DNA of 64,000 nucleotides, taken from the NCBI GenBank assembly GCA_964641415.1, contig CAZXMW010000001.1:66545-130544 (forward strand). Reading direction: 5' to 3'. The translations under genes were made by a program, and so were the position numbers. This DNA comes from an uncultured Thermoanaerobaculia bacterium (lineage in GTDB: Bacteria; Acidobacteriota; Thermoanaerobaculia; Thermoanaerobaculales; Sulfomarinibacteraceae). This document shows, piece after piece, positions 27,251 to 36,269 of the stretch. The notes under the pieces were generated by a model. It saw only the letters and a list, made by a program, of their open reading frames with translations, did no database searches and was not told the origin of the DNA. The stretch's first letter is position 1. Every line of letters starts with the position of its first letter.

Positions 27251-29557
27251 TCACGATCGTTGCGGGGCGGAGTGAGCGAGGGCCTTGCGGATGGCTGAGG
27301 CGAGGTCGGCGATGGAGTGGGGCTTGGGCAGGAAGAACGTGCCCGACGAGTGCTTCAGCTGGTCCAGGAAGCCGGGGCCGGCGTAGCCGGACGTGAACAC
27401 GAAACCCAGGTCCGGGCGCAGCTCACGGACCCGTTCGAAGAGCTCCCGCCCTCCGACCTCGGGCATGGTCACGTCGCTGAGCACGGCGTCGATCTCCAGG
27501 TCCGGGTCGCTCATCATGTCGATGGCGACGCGGCCGTTCTCGGCCTGGACCACGGTGTAGCCGAGCGCCTCGAGCATCCTGACCTGCGTCTCCCGAACCC
27601 GGGTCTCGTCCTCGACGACCAGGACGGACTCGCCGCCGCCGGCCGGCGACGGCGGCTGCGGCGGCTGCTCGGCCTCGGGCGCCACGTCGGCCAGCGGCAA
27701 GTAGAGGTCGAAGGTGGTGCCGGCGCCGGGGCTGCTGTCGATGTCGACGATCCCGGCGTGCTGGCGGACGATGCCGTAGACGCTCGCGAGGCTCAGCCCG
27801 AGGGACTCCCCACGGTTCTTGATGCTGAAGAACGGGTCGAAGATGCGCTCTCTGGTCTCGGCGTCCATGCCGACCCCGGTGTCCGCCACCCGGAGCCGCA
27901 CGTAGCGACCCTCCTTCGCCTCGGCGTGCGCGGCAAGGAGAAGGGCGTCGGCCGTCACGTCGGTGGCCGAGAGGGTGATCACGCCGCCGTCCGGCATCGC
28001 TTCCCGGGCGTTGACGACCAGGTTCAGAATCGCCTGCCCCAGCTGTCCGCGGTCGCCGCGGATGACCAGCGGGCGATCCGTCTTCACGAGCTCGATCCGG
28101 ATCGACTCCGGCACCATTCGCCGCATCCGCTCCGACTCCACCTGAAGGAAGCGCCCCGCGTCGAACGGCGCCATCTCCAGGGTCTGCTGCTGGGCGACGG
28201 CGAGCAGGCGCCGGCTCAGGTCGGCGCCCCGGGAGACCTCCTCGCGGAGGGTCACGAGCTCGGGTGCGGCGGCGAGAGAGTCCGGCAGCTGCAGCTCGAG
28301 GACGTCGACCGCTCCTGAAACCGTCATCAGGAGGTTGTTGAGGTCGTGGGCGATGCCGCCGGCAAGCCGGCTCAGGGCTTCGAGCTTGTGGCTCCGGTTG
28401 AGCTGCTCGGTGATCTCGCGCTCCGCGGTGACGTCGCGCTTGACGGCGACGTAGGCGGTGATGCTGCCGGCGTCGTCGAGCACGGGCGAGATGGTCGCCT
28501 CCTCCTGGAACAGGCTGCCGTCTCGCCGCAGGTTGACCAGGCAGCCGGACCACACCCTGCCGCTCGAGATCGTCTGCCAGAGGTGCTCGTAGAACGCATC
28601 GTCGTGGCGACCGCTCTTGAGGATTCGCGGGTTGGCGCCGACCGCCTCCTCCGCGGCGTAACCGGTGAGCCGCTCGAAGGCGGGGTTGACGTAACGGATC
28701 GTGCCGTCGGGGTCGGTGATGACCACCGACTCGGACGCCTGCTCGATGGCGGTCGCCAGGAGGGCCTGACTCTCCCTGAAGCGCTCGATCTCCGTGACGT
28801 CCGTCAGCACCGCGAAGGTGCCGGCGACGGCGCCGCCGGCGTCGGTCAGCCGCTGGGGCGAGACCAGCACCTCGACCCGGTCGCCGTCCGCGGCGACGCA
28901 GGTGAGGCGATACGGGTCGTTGTCGCCGCCGGCCCGACGCTGCGCGGACTGCTCGAGCAGCACGCCCCGGCTCTCGTCCGTGAGGTGGTCGGTGAGCGGC
29001 CGGCCCAGAAGCTCGTCGCTGGTCCGGCCGAGCATGCGGCAGAGAGCTTCGTTGACGAAGGTCAGGTTGCCGTCCGGATCGTCCGCCGCCAGCCCGTCGG
29101 TCATGGTCTCGACCAGGGCTCGGAACCTGGACTCGGTCTCCTCGAGAGACGTCCTGACCCCGGCGTCGTCGGTGATGTCGATGCCGGTCCCGACGATGAA
29201 CGCGACCCGGCCGTCGGGGCCGGCGACGGTGGTGTTGGACCACGACAGGAGGCGCTTCTCACCGTCCTTGCTCCGCCAGTGGTTTTCGTGGCGATCGGGA
29301 ACCCCGTGCTCCCGGAGTTCGTGGAACGCCGCCGCGAGGCGGTCGACCTCGTCCTCGGGGACCAGAAGCTCCCAGAAGACGCGATTCCGGACCTCGTCGG
29401 CCCGGTAGCCGCTTGTCCTCTCGCAGGCCCGGTTGAACACCACGATCCGTCCGTCGGGGTCGAGCACGACGATCAGGTTGTCGGCGACGTCGAGGATTGC
29501 CTGCAGGAGGTCGAGCTGCAGTGGGGCGTCTCCGGCGCGCAGGTCGTGTCCGGTCAC
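27251..29557 (-). CDS. Hybrid sensor histidine kinase: 3 PAS, HisKA, HATPase, receiver (768 aa)
   Basis: Three PAS-like blocks (..VVLDPDGRIVVFNRACERTSGY.., ..DPDGNLTFVNEALCRMLG.., ..ITDPDGTIRYVNPAFERLTGY..). H-box is LAGGIAHDLNNLL; ATP boxes are NLVVNAREAM, DTGVGM, GLGLS. Receiver reads VLVVEDE...DAVLSDVTMPE. Confidence 0.9.
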   Translation of the reverse strand: MTGHDLRAGDAPLQLDLLQAILDVADNLIVVLDPDGRIVVFNRACERTSGYRADEVRNRVFWELLVPEDEVDRLAAAFHELREHGVPDRHENHWRSKDGEKRLLSWSNTTVAGPDGRVAFIVGTGIDITDDAGVRTSLEETESRFRALVETMTDGLAADDPDGNLTFVNEALCRMLGRTSDELLGRPLTDHLTDESRGVLLEQSAQRRAGGDNDPYRLTCVAADGDRVEVLVSPQRLTDAGGAVAGTFAVLTDVTEIERFRESQALLATAIEQASESVVITDPDGTIRYVNPAFERLTGYAAEEAVGANPRILKSGRHDDAFYEHLWQTISSGRVWSGCLVNLRRDGSLFQEEATISPVLDDAGSITAYVAVKRDVTAEREITEQLNRSHKLEALSRLAGGIAHDLNNLLMTVSGAVDVLELQLPDSLAAAPELVTLREEVSRGADLSRRLLAVAQQQTLEMAPFDAGRFLQVESERMRRMVPESIRIELVKTDRPLVIRGDRGQLGQAILNLVVNAREAMPDGGVITLSATDVTADALLLAAHAEAKEGRYVRLRVADTGVGMDAETRERIFDPFFSIKNRGESLGLSLASVYGIVRQHAGIVDIDSSPGAGTTFDLYLPLADVAPEAEQPPQPPSPAGGGESVLVVEDETRVRETQVRMLEALGYTVVQAENGRVAIDMMSDPDLEIDAVLSDVTMPEVGGRELFERVRELRPDLGFVFTSGYAGPGFLDQLKHSSGTFFLPKPHSIADLASAIRKALAHSAPQRS

Positions 29558-29749
29558 GGCGACCTCTGACGCGACTGATGCCGTTCGCCGGCAACCAGCG
29601 GCACGATTGGTCTCATCACGTTGACCTGCCTGCCTACCGAATGGGTGGAATCTCCCGCCAGGGGCGGGGACGCCGGTGACCGATTGGGCGAGTCGGCGAC
29701 CGGTACGAGCCGGCGCTTCGTCCGGGGCCCCAGAACAGCGGTCATTCTA

Positions 29750-32710
29750 TCAGCAACCGTCACCATCGCTGCCGCGCAGTCGATCCAGGTAGAGACCGAG
29801 CCACCGCGACGCCGTCGCGTGCCCGGCCTGAAGAGCGTCGAAGAGGGCGCTGCACGCGGCGCCGTCGTGGTCCTCGGCAGCTCGCTGGAGGCGGCTGGCG
29901 AGGTCGGAGACGCGATCGGCGCCGATGTTCCCCGCGCTTCCCTTGACGGCATGGGCGTCGGATCGGACCGACTCCAGGTCCCGGTCGCCGAGAGCCCGAG
30001 CGATGCTCGCCATGCGCTTGTCGGCCTCCGACAGGTAGAGGGTCAGGATCCGCTCCTCGAAGCGCAGATCGCCCCGGGAGATGGCCTGCAGGCGCTCGAT
30101 CGCCACCGGGTCGGCGGGCTCGGGCGTCTCGGCGGCGGCGGTGGCGTCCGCTTTGGCGCCGCAGTTTTCGCCGCACGGAGGGTCGGCCAGCTGCTCGAGC
30201 GCCCGGGCGAGCTCCCCGCGGTCGATGGGCTTGGAGATGTAGCCGTCCATTCCCGCAGCCAGACACTGCTCCCGGTCTCCCTGGAGCGCTCCGGCGGTGG
30301 TGGCGATGATCGTCGTGTGGCGGTCCTCTCCCTCCAGCTCGCGGATCTTCCGGGTCGCCTCGAAACCGTCCATGATCGGCATCTGACAGTCCATGAGAAC
30401 CACGTCGTAGCGCGCCCCGCGTGCGAGGGCCTCGACCGCGGCGAGACCGTTGTCGGCGATGTCGCACCGGTATCCGAGGCTCTCGAGCATCCGGCTGGCG
30501 ACCTTCCGGTTGACGATGTTGTCCTCGACCACGAGAATCCGGACTCTGGCCCGTCGCGCCTCGTCGAGGGTGTGACGGGTCACCATGGCGGGCTCGACGT
30601 CGGTCGCGGCACTCGCGCCGGTCGAGGTCACCGTCAGGATCGCTTCATGGAGGTCCGCCCGCTTCACCGGCTTGGTCAGATACGCATTGAAGCCGTACTC
30701 CCTCATCCGCTCGCCGTCGCCGAAGGTCGGCATCGAGGTCAGCAGGATGAGCGGGAGCGTAGCGGTTTCCGGGGCTTCCCGGAGCGTCCTGGCGAGGGCG
30801 CCCCCGTCCATTCCAGGCATGCTGAAGTCGAGGATCGCGAGGTCGAAGCTCGGCCGCGGTTCGCTGTCGAAGACCAGATCGAGGGTTTCGGTGCCGCTCG
30901 CCACGGCGACCGTGGTGCATCCCCAAAGCCCGAGGAGCTCCTCCAGCAGGCGGCGATTGGTGCGGTTGTCGTCGACCACGAGAACGTGGAGGTCGTCGAT
31001 GCTGCCGAGGGTCCCGGCGGCGCCCTCGCCTGACCCCGGCGCAGAGCCCAGCATCACGTCGAAGCGGAAGACCGTGCCCTCGCCGACCCGGCTGTCGATG
31101 GTGATGCTCCCTCCCATCGCCTCGATCAGGCGCTTGGCGATGCTCAGGCCGAGGCCGGTGCCGCCGTACTGGCGAGTGGTCGACGTGTCGGCCTGAGTGA
31201 ACGGCTTGAAGACCTCGGTCAGCCGGTCATCGGGGATTCCCACCCCGGTATCCTCGACGCTGAAGTCGAGCCGAACCTTCTCGTTGTCTGAATCGCGGAG
31301 CTTGACCTGAAGGACGACCTCTCCCTGCTCGGTGAACTTGATGGCGTTGTTGAGCAGATTCGTGAACACCTGCCGTAGTCGACCCGGGTCGCCGGCGACC
31401 CGAGGCGGCACCCTGTGATCGACCAGGATCACGAGCTCGATGCCCTTCTCCGCAGCCCGCTGGGCGAGCATGTCGCCGATCTCCTCGACACAGGTGCGCA
31501 CCGAGAACGGGATTGCCTCCAGCTCGAGCGCCTCGGCGTCCATCTTGGAGAAGTCGAGAATGTCGTTGATCACCGCCAGCAGGGTCGAGCCGGAGACGTG
31601 GACGATCTTGACGAACTCCAGCTGGCGGCGGTCGAGCTCGGTTTCCAGGAGCAGGTCGGTCATTCCGATGATGGCGTTGAGCGGGGTCCGGATCTCGTGG
31701 CTGACGTTGGCGAGGAACAGCGACTTGGCCTCGGCCGCGGCCTCGGCGGCGATCTTGGCCTGCGTCAGCTCCTCGATCGCCTTCTCGCGCTCGGTGGTGT
31801 CGCGGACGATGCCGACGGCCCGCCAGCGGCCGCGCAACCGGAGTCGCGACAGCGACAGCTCGACCGGGAACTCGGCGCCGTCCTTGCGAACGGCGGTCAG
31901 CGAGGTCACAGCGCCGATGGCGCTGCCGCCGCCGGTGGCGAAGAAAGTCTCCAACCCTCGCCGGCTCGCCTCGCTGTACCGTTCGGGGGCGATGAGCTCA
32001 TGGAGGTCGGCGCCCAGAGCTTCGGCCGCGCTCCAGCCGAAGATCGACTCCGCCGCTCGGTTCCAGTAGCTGATTCTTGCGCCGTCGTCGATCAGAATGA
32101 TCGCGTCCTGGGCCGAGTCGGTGATCGAGCGGGTCATCTCGAGCTGCTCGCGCAGTGCCGCTTCGGTGGAGCTCTGGGAGGTCCGTGGAATCGTCGTGCT
32201 CGTCGCACTGCGGGCCCGCTGGGCCAGCGCCTCGATGGCGTAGGTGAGGTCCCGAGCGAGCTCGCGAAGCTCGGCAAGCTCGCCGGCGTCGAACCCCGGG
32301 GGCGCCGGCGCGTAGACGCTGACGAGGAGCTTGCGACCGCCGGCCGGTCGGATCAGGAAGCGGGCCGCAGCGGTCGCGGGCGGTTCGCCGGCGCCGGGAT
32401 CGACGGCCTCGTCGAGGACGGTGCATCCGGACGGGGCGCCATCCGGCTTCGCGTCCGGCGAGACGATGGTCCCCGCAACGCCGGCGCCGGCGCCGGCGAC
32501 GATCGAGAAGGCCTCGCTGCCGTGACCGGGCTCGTGGACGGCGGCGGCCGGGTACCCGCCGGCGACCAGTGCGCGGCAGACCTCGTTGAACAGGAAGCTC
32601 TCGGTGCTCGCCCGGATCCATGCTCTGCCGCAGGCTGCGCGCGCGGTGATCGCCCGCTGGAACCCCGTGGGCTCATTGGCGATTGCGCCCGGTTCCGGGT
32701 CCGGCGTCAT
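29750..32710 (-). CDS. Phosphorelay hybrid kinase: GAF-like, PAS, HisKA, HATPase, REC, REC, HPt (986 aa)
   Basis: H-box is SHEIRTPLNAIIGM; ATP boxes are NLLNNAIKFT, DTGVGI, GTGLGLSI. Two receivers (HVLVVDDN.., RILVVEDN..DVVLMDCQMP). The C-terminal HPt reads SDAHAVKGSAGNIGA. Its ATG overlaps the upstream stop (ATGA at 32707-32710). Confidence 0.9.
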   Translation of the reverse strand: MTPDPEPGAIANEPTGFQRAITARAACGRAWIRASTESFLFNEVCRALVAGGYPAAAVHEPGHGSEAFSIVAGAGAGVAGTIVSPDAKPDGAPSGCTVLDEAVDPGAGEPPATAAARFLIRPAGGRKLLVSVYAPAPPGFDAGELAELRELARDLTYAIEALAQRARSATSTTIPRTSQSSTEAALREQLEMTRSITDSAQDAIILIDDGARISYWNRAAESIFGWSAAEALGADLHELIAPERYSEASRRGLETFFATGGGSAIGAVTSLTAVRKDGAEFPVELSLSRLRLRGRWRAVGIVRDTTEREKAIEELTQAKIAAEAAAEAKSLFLANVSHEIRTPLNAIIGMTDLLLETELDRRQLEFVKIVHVSGSTLLAVINDILDFSKMDAEALELEAIPFSVRTCVEEIGDMLAQRAAEKGIELVILVDHRVPPRVAGDPGRLRQVFTNLLNNAIKFTEQGEVVLQVKLRDSDNEKVRLDFSVEDTGVGIPDDRLTEVFKPFTQADTSTTRQYGGTGLGLSIAKRLIEAMGGSITIDSRVGEGTVFRFDVMLGSAPGSGEGAAGTLGSIDDLHVLVVDDNRTNRRLLEELLGLWGCTTVAVASGTETLDLVFDSEPRPSFDLAILDFSMPGMDGGALARTLREAPETATLPLILLTSMPTFGDGERMREYGFNAYLTKPVKRADLHEAILTVTSTGASAATDVEPAMVTRHTLDEARRARVRILVVEDNIVNRKVASRMLESLGYRCDIADNGLAAVEALARGARYDVVLMDCQMPIMDGFEATRKIRELEGEDRHTTIIATTAGALQGDREQCLAAGMDGYISKPIDRGELARALEQLADPPCGENCGAKADATAAAETPEPADPVAIERLQAISRGDLRFEERILTLYLSEADKRMASIARALGDRDLESVRSDAHAVKGSAGNIGADRVSDLASRLQRAAEDHDGAACSALFDALQAGHATASRWLGLYLDRLRGSDGDGC

Positions 32711-33693
32711 GGTTGCCTCTCAGTCCACGGCACGACGACGACTCGGTTGCGCCCTGTCGCCTTGGCGCGATACAGCGCCCGGTCCGCCTCCTCGATGAGG
32801 GCGGCCGCCGCGACCGGCGCCGTCTGAGGGTACAGCACACCACCGAGGCTGATGCCGACTTCGATCGGCCCGGCGTCGGTCACGATCGGAGCCGACCGAA
32901 CGCCGATTCGGATGCGTTCCGCGACCTTTTGAAGCCCGCCGAGATCGCAGGCGGTGACGATGATGAGGAACTCCTCGCCGCCGATCCGCCCGACCTCGTC
33001 CTGGCAGCGTAAGAGCCCTCGAGTCCGCCGGACGCTCTCGACCAGGACCTCGTCGCCGACGGTGTGGCCGTGGGTATCGTTGACCATCTTGAAGTGGTCG
33101 AGGTCGGCCATCAGCACGCCGATTCCACGCCCGTCGCGATCACGGTCCCTGCGGGCGAGCTCCTTGTCGAGCAGCTCGAGGATGAAGCGGCGGTTCCAGA
33201 TTCCGGTCAGGGCGTCGGTGATCGCGAGCTCGCGAAGGGCCTCCCGCGCGCGGGTCAGCTCGTTCATGAGATCGATGACCCGACGGCCGGCTCGCAACCG
33301 GACCTCGAGCTCGTGGGGTTGGAACGGCTTACCGACGAAGTCGTCCGCGCCGGCCTCCATCGCCTCGACCAGCCGCTCGGACTCGGTCAGGGCGGTGAGC
33401 ACGATGACGTAGGTGTAGGGCGCGTCGACCCGGGAGCGCAGCCGGCGGCAGACGTCGACTCCGTGGACTCCGGGCATCATCCAATCCACGATCGCGAGCT
33501 GGGGGGCGTCGTCGCGCTCCAGGGCCTCGAGGGTCCGCGTACCGTCCTCGGCGATCACCGTTTCATAGCCCCACGACTCGACCAGCCTTCGGAGAATATC
33601 CCTCGAGACCACGTCGTCCTCCGCCACCAGAACCCGCACCTGTCGTGCCGGGCCCGGATCGGCCGGAACGAGGTCGGCGGCGTTCTGGATCAT
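32707..33693 (-). CDS. Response regulator-diguanylate cyclase, REC-GGDEF (328 aa from ATG 33693)
   Basis: Receiver reads VRVLVAEDDVV...LAIVDWMMPG. GGDEF domain has DALTGIWNRR, the active-site GGEEF, and an RxxD I-site (RCQD) five residues upstream. Confidence 0.9.
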   Translation of the reverse strand: MIQNAADLVPADPGPARQVRVLVAEDDVVSRDILRRLVESWGYETVIAEDGTRTLEALERDDAPQLAIVDWMMPGVHGVDVCRRLRSRVDAPYTYVIVLTALTESERLVEAMEAGADDFVGKPFQPHELEVRLRAGRRVIDLMNELTRAREALRELAITDALTGIWNRRFILELLDKELARRDRDRDGRGIGVLMADLDHFKMVNDTHGHTVGDEVLVESVRRTRGLLRCQDEVGRIGGEEFLIIVTACDLGGLQKVAERIRIGVRSAPIVTDAGPIEVGISLGGVLYPQTAPVAAAALIEEADRALYRAKATGRNRVVVVPWTERQP

Positions 33694-33712
33694 GATCGCA
33701 CCGGCCTGTGCC

Positions 33713-34480
33713 TCACGTTCTCGGGCCGGTGGCGGTCGCCGCCGGGAGCGACAGTCGCCAGCACGAGCCGAGGGCGCCGTCCGCGGCGAAGCGCAGGCCG
33801 CCCCCGAAGGCCGCGAATACGGCCGCAGCGACCCCGACAGGGTCATCGCCTCCCGGAGAGTGAGTCGTTGAGCTGTCGGCGGCCTCCTTCAGCCGCCTCC
33901 AGACATCGGTGTCAGCCCGGTCGGCCTTGACCCAGCCGACGCTGAGGACGACCCGGGTCGGCTCGGCGTCCGGCGTCGGCGACTCGCCGTCGAGAGTAAC
34001 CCGGAGATAACCTGGCGGAGTCGCCCGCTCACCGGCAGCGAGTTCGATCACGGTCTTCACGGCAGGAAAGAGGCGAACGGGGTCGACAGCGACGACCGGT
34101 CCCTCCGCGTCCACCGCCTGGCTGACCGGCAGCTCGCCCGCGCACGCCGACCGGACCAGCTTCAGAGCCTCCTTGACGATCGGATGAATCTGGATCAAAA
34201 CGACACCGTCCCCGCTCGGGTGGGCGCTCTCGAGGATCATCCGGTTCAAGAGCTCGCACCGGTCGGCGGCCTCCTGGATGCGGTCGAGCTTTGGCGATGC
34301 CGGGTGGCCGGCGCCGACCTCCATCTGCGCCAGCTCTGAGAAGCCGCGAATGACGAACAGCCAGTTGTTGACCTCGTGGGCGACCGCAGCTGCGATATGC
34401 CCGAGCACGGACAGACGCTCGCTGGAGTCGCCGACATCGTCGCCGGATGGACGCGACATCGTGTCGTTCGAGCTGCTCAT
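33713..34480 (-). CDS. Histidine-kinase-like protein with H-box but degenerate ATP-binding domain (255 aa from ATG 34480)
   Basis: GGAG lies upstream of ATG 34480. H-box is LGHIAAAVAHEVNNWL. I could not find N, G1 (DxGxG) or G2 (GxGLG) boxes in the C-terminal half. Confidence 0.65.
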   Translation of the reverse strand: MSSSNDTMSRPSGDDVGDSSERLSVLGHIAAAVAHEVNNWLFVIRGFSELAQMEVGAGHPASPKLDRIQEAADRCELLNRMILESAHPSGDGVVLIQIHPIVKEALKLVRSACAGELPVSQAVDAEGPVVAVDPVRLFPAVKTVIELAAGERATPPGYLRVTLDGESPTPDAEPTRVVLSVGWVKADRADTDVWRRLKEAADSSTTHSPGGDDPVGVAAAVFAAFGGGLRFAADGALGSCWRLSLPAATATGPRT

Positions 34481-34687
34481 GTCCAAAGCTCCATCCTTGC
34501 CCGGACCAGCCGGGCGCCGCTGACCGGTGTTGGTCCCTGACCGGCTCGCGCTGCCTGCGTCGGTTGACCTGCTCGCGCTCGGGACATCGGCACGCATGCC
34601 GGCGCCGGTCAGCGGCGCCCGGTGACGGACGCCTCGACGCTCAGGCGGTCGCTGTCGGCGGGGGCAGGGCCGCCACCTTCGCTTCTT

Positions 34688-34696
34688 TGATAAAAT
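34688..34696 (+). promoter_or_regulatory. Extended -10-like element TGaTAAAAT upstream of the HD-GYP gene
   Basis: An AT-rich island in GC-rich DNA, 74 nt upstream of ATG 34770. No convincing -35. Confidence 0.25.
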
Positions 34697-34769
34697 GATA
34701 CCACGCAGGAGGTTTTGCGCACGATCGAGCGGCATCTGATAGGCTTGATTGTCGAGGGGAGACCTCAAG

Positions 34770-35783
34770 ATGCTCGATCACAGGGGAAAGGTTCTCGCCA
34801 TAGACGACGACCCCAACGTTCTCGAGCTGATGGCTGCGGCGCTGGGTAAGGTGGGCTACGAGGTTTGGCAGAGTGTGGACGGAATGGCCGGGTATCTGCT
34901 CGCGATGGAGCATCGGCCGGACGTGATCCTCCTCGACCTCAAGATGCCGGGCGCCGACGGCATCGAGATCTGCCGCATGCTCAAGGGCAATGCCGAGACC
35001 AGCCTGATTCCCGTGATCTTCCTGACCGGCCACGGCTCGCGGCAATCCAGGATCGAGGCTCTCGACGCCGGCGCCAGCGACTTCCTGACCAAGCCCACCG
35101 ACCTCATGGAGCTCGAAGCCAGGGTCCGCAATCTGGTCGCCTTCCATCGCATGACCCTCGAGCTCGACTCGGCGGAGCAGGTCATCTTCACCTTCGCCAA
35201 GGCCCTTGAAGCTCGCGACCGCGAGACCGGCGATCACTGTGCGCGGCTCGCGCGCCTGTCGGTACGGCTCGGAGAGCGTCTCGGACTCGATGACGAGCAG
35301 CTGACGGCTCTCCGGCGCGGCGGCTACCTTCACGACGTCGGCAAGATCGGGATTCCCGACGCGGTCCTGCTCAAGCCCGGCCGGCTCGACCGCGACGAGT
35401 GGGAGATGATCAAGCGCCACTCGGAGCTCGGCTGGGAGATCTGCAGGCCGTTGCACAGCCTGGGACCGGTGCTGCCGCTCATTCGACATCACCACGAGCG
35501 CTACGACGGAACCGGCTATCCCGACGGCCTGTCCGGCGAGGAGATCCCCCTGCTGGCCCGGATCTTCCAGGTCGTCGATGTCTTCGACGCGTTGACCAAC
35601 GACCGCAGCTACCGGAAAGGCGAGCCGGTGGAGAGCGCGCTCGAGGTCATTCTCGAGGAGACTCGGCTCGGTTTCTGGGATCGGGAGATCGTCGGGGAGT
35701 TCGTCGACATGATTCGAACCGAGGGAGCTGGGGAGCCCCCGCAGGGCATGTCGACCGAGTCGCGTCATGCGGCTCTGAACTGA
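34770..35783 (+). CDS. Response regulator with HD-GYP phosphodiesterase domain (RpfG-like, 337 aa)
   Basis: Receiver reads KVLAIDDDPNV...VILLDLKMPG. HD-GYP motifs are HCARLA, GGYLHDVGKIGIPD and HHERYDGTGYPDGL. Confidence 0.9.
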   Translation: MLDHRGKVLAIDDDPNVLELMAAALGKVGYEVWQSVDGMAGYLLAMEHRPDVILLDLKMPGADGIEICRMLKGNAETSLIPVIFLTGHGSRQSRIEALDAGASDFLTKPTDLMELEARVRNLVAFHRMTLELDSAEQVIFTFAKALEARDRETGDHCARLARLSVRLGERLGLDDEQLTALRRGGYLHDVGKIGIPDAVLLKPGRLDRDEWEMIKRHSELGWEICRPLHSLGPVLPLIRHHHERYDGTGYPDGLSGEEIPLLARIFQVVDVFDALTNDRSYRKGEPVESALEVILEETRLGFWDREIVGEFVDMIRTEGAGEPPQGMSTESRHAALN

Positions 35784-35870
35784 ACAGAACTCAGCCAAGC
35801 CAAGCCAAGCTAAGATGAGTGATTCCAGCGGATGCAAGATGCCGAGACCACCGTTGATCTGATGTCGGAA

Positions 35871-36269
35871 TCAGGCGTCTGAGAGCAGGGCCGCAATCTC
35901 GGCGAGCAGGTCGTCGAGCTCGAACGGCTTGTAGATCACCCGGTCGGGCTTGGCGAAGTCCTGGAACAGCTGCTCGCGCTCGGGGTCGCTGCTCAGATCT
36001 CGGGCGGTGAGTAGGGCGATGCGGTTCGGCCTCTCGTAGACCCCCGCCGCCTCGTCCTCGCGAAGGATCCGGGCCACGCGATACCCGTTCTCCCTCGGCA
36101 TCATGACGTCGAGCAGGATGACGTCCGGTTTCGCGACCCGGGCCGCGCCGATGGCCTCGAAGCCGTTGGCGGCGGTGACCACCGAGTAGCCGGCGCGTTC
36201 CAGTGCGACGTGGGTGGTGTCGCGGATGTCCGGGTCGTCGTCGACCACGAGAATCGTCGCTTCGCTCAT
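35871..36269 (-). CDS. Single-domain CheY-like response regulator (132 aa)
   Basis: MSEATILVVDDDPDI...PDVILLDVMMP. Its ATG overlaps the upstream kinase stop (ATGA at 36266-36269). Confidence 0.9.
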   Translation of the reverse strand: MSEATILVVDDDPDIRDTTHVALERAGYSVVTAANGFEAIGAARVAKPDVILLDVMMPRENGYRVARILREDEAAGVYERPNRIALLTARDLSSDPEREQLFQDFAKPDRVIYKPFELDDLLAEIAALLSDA

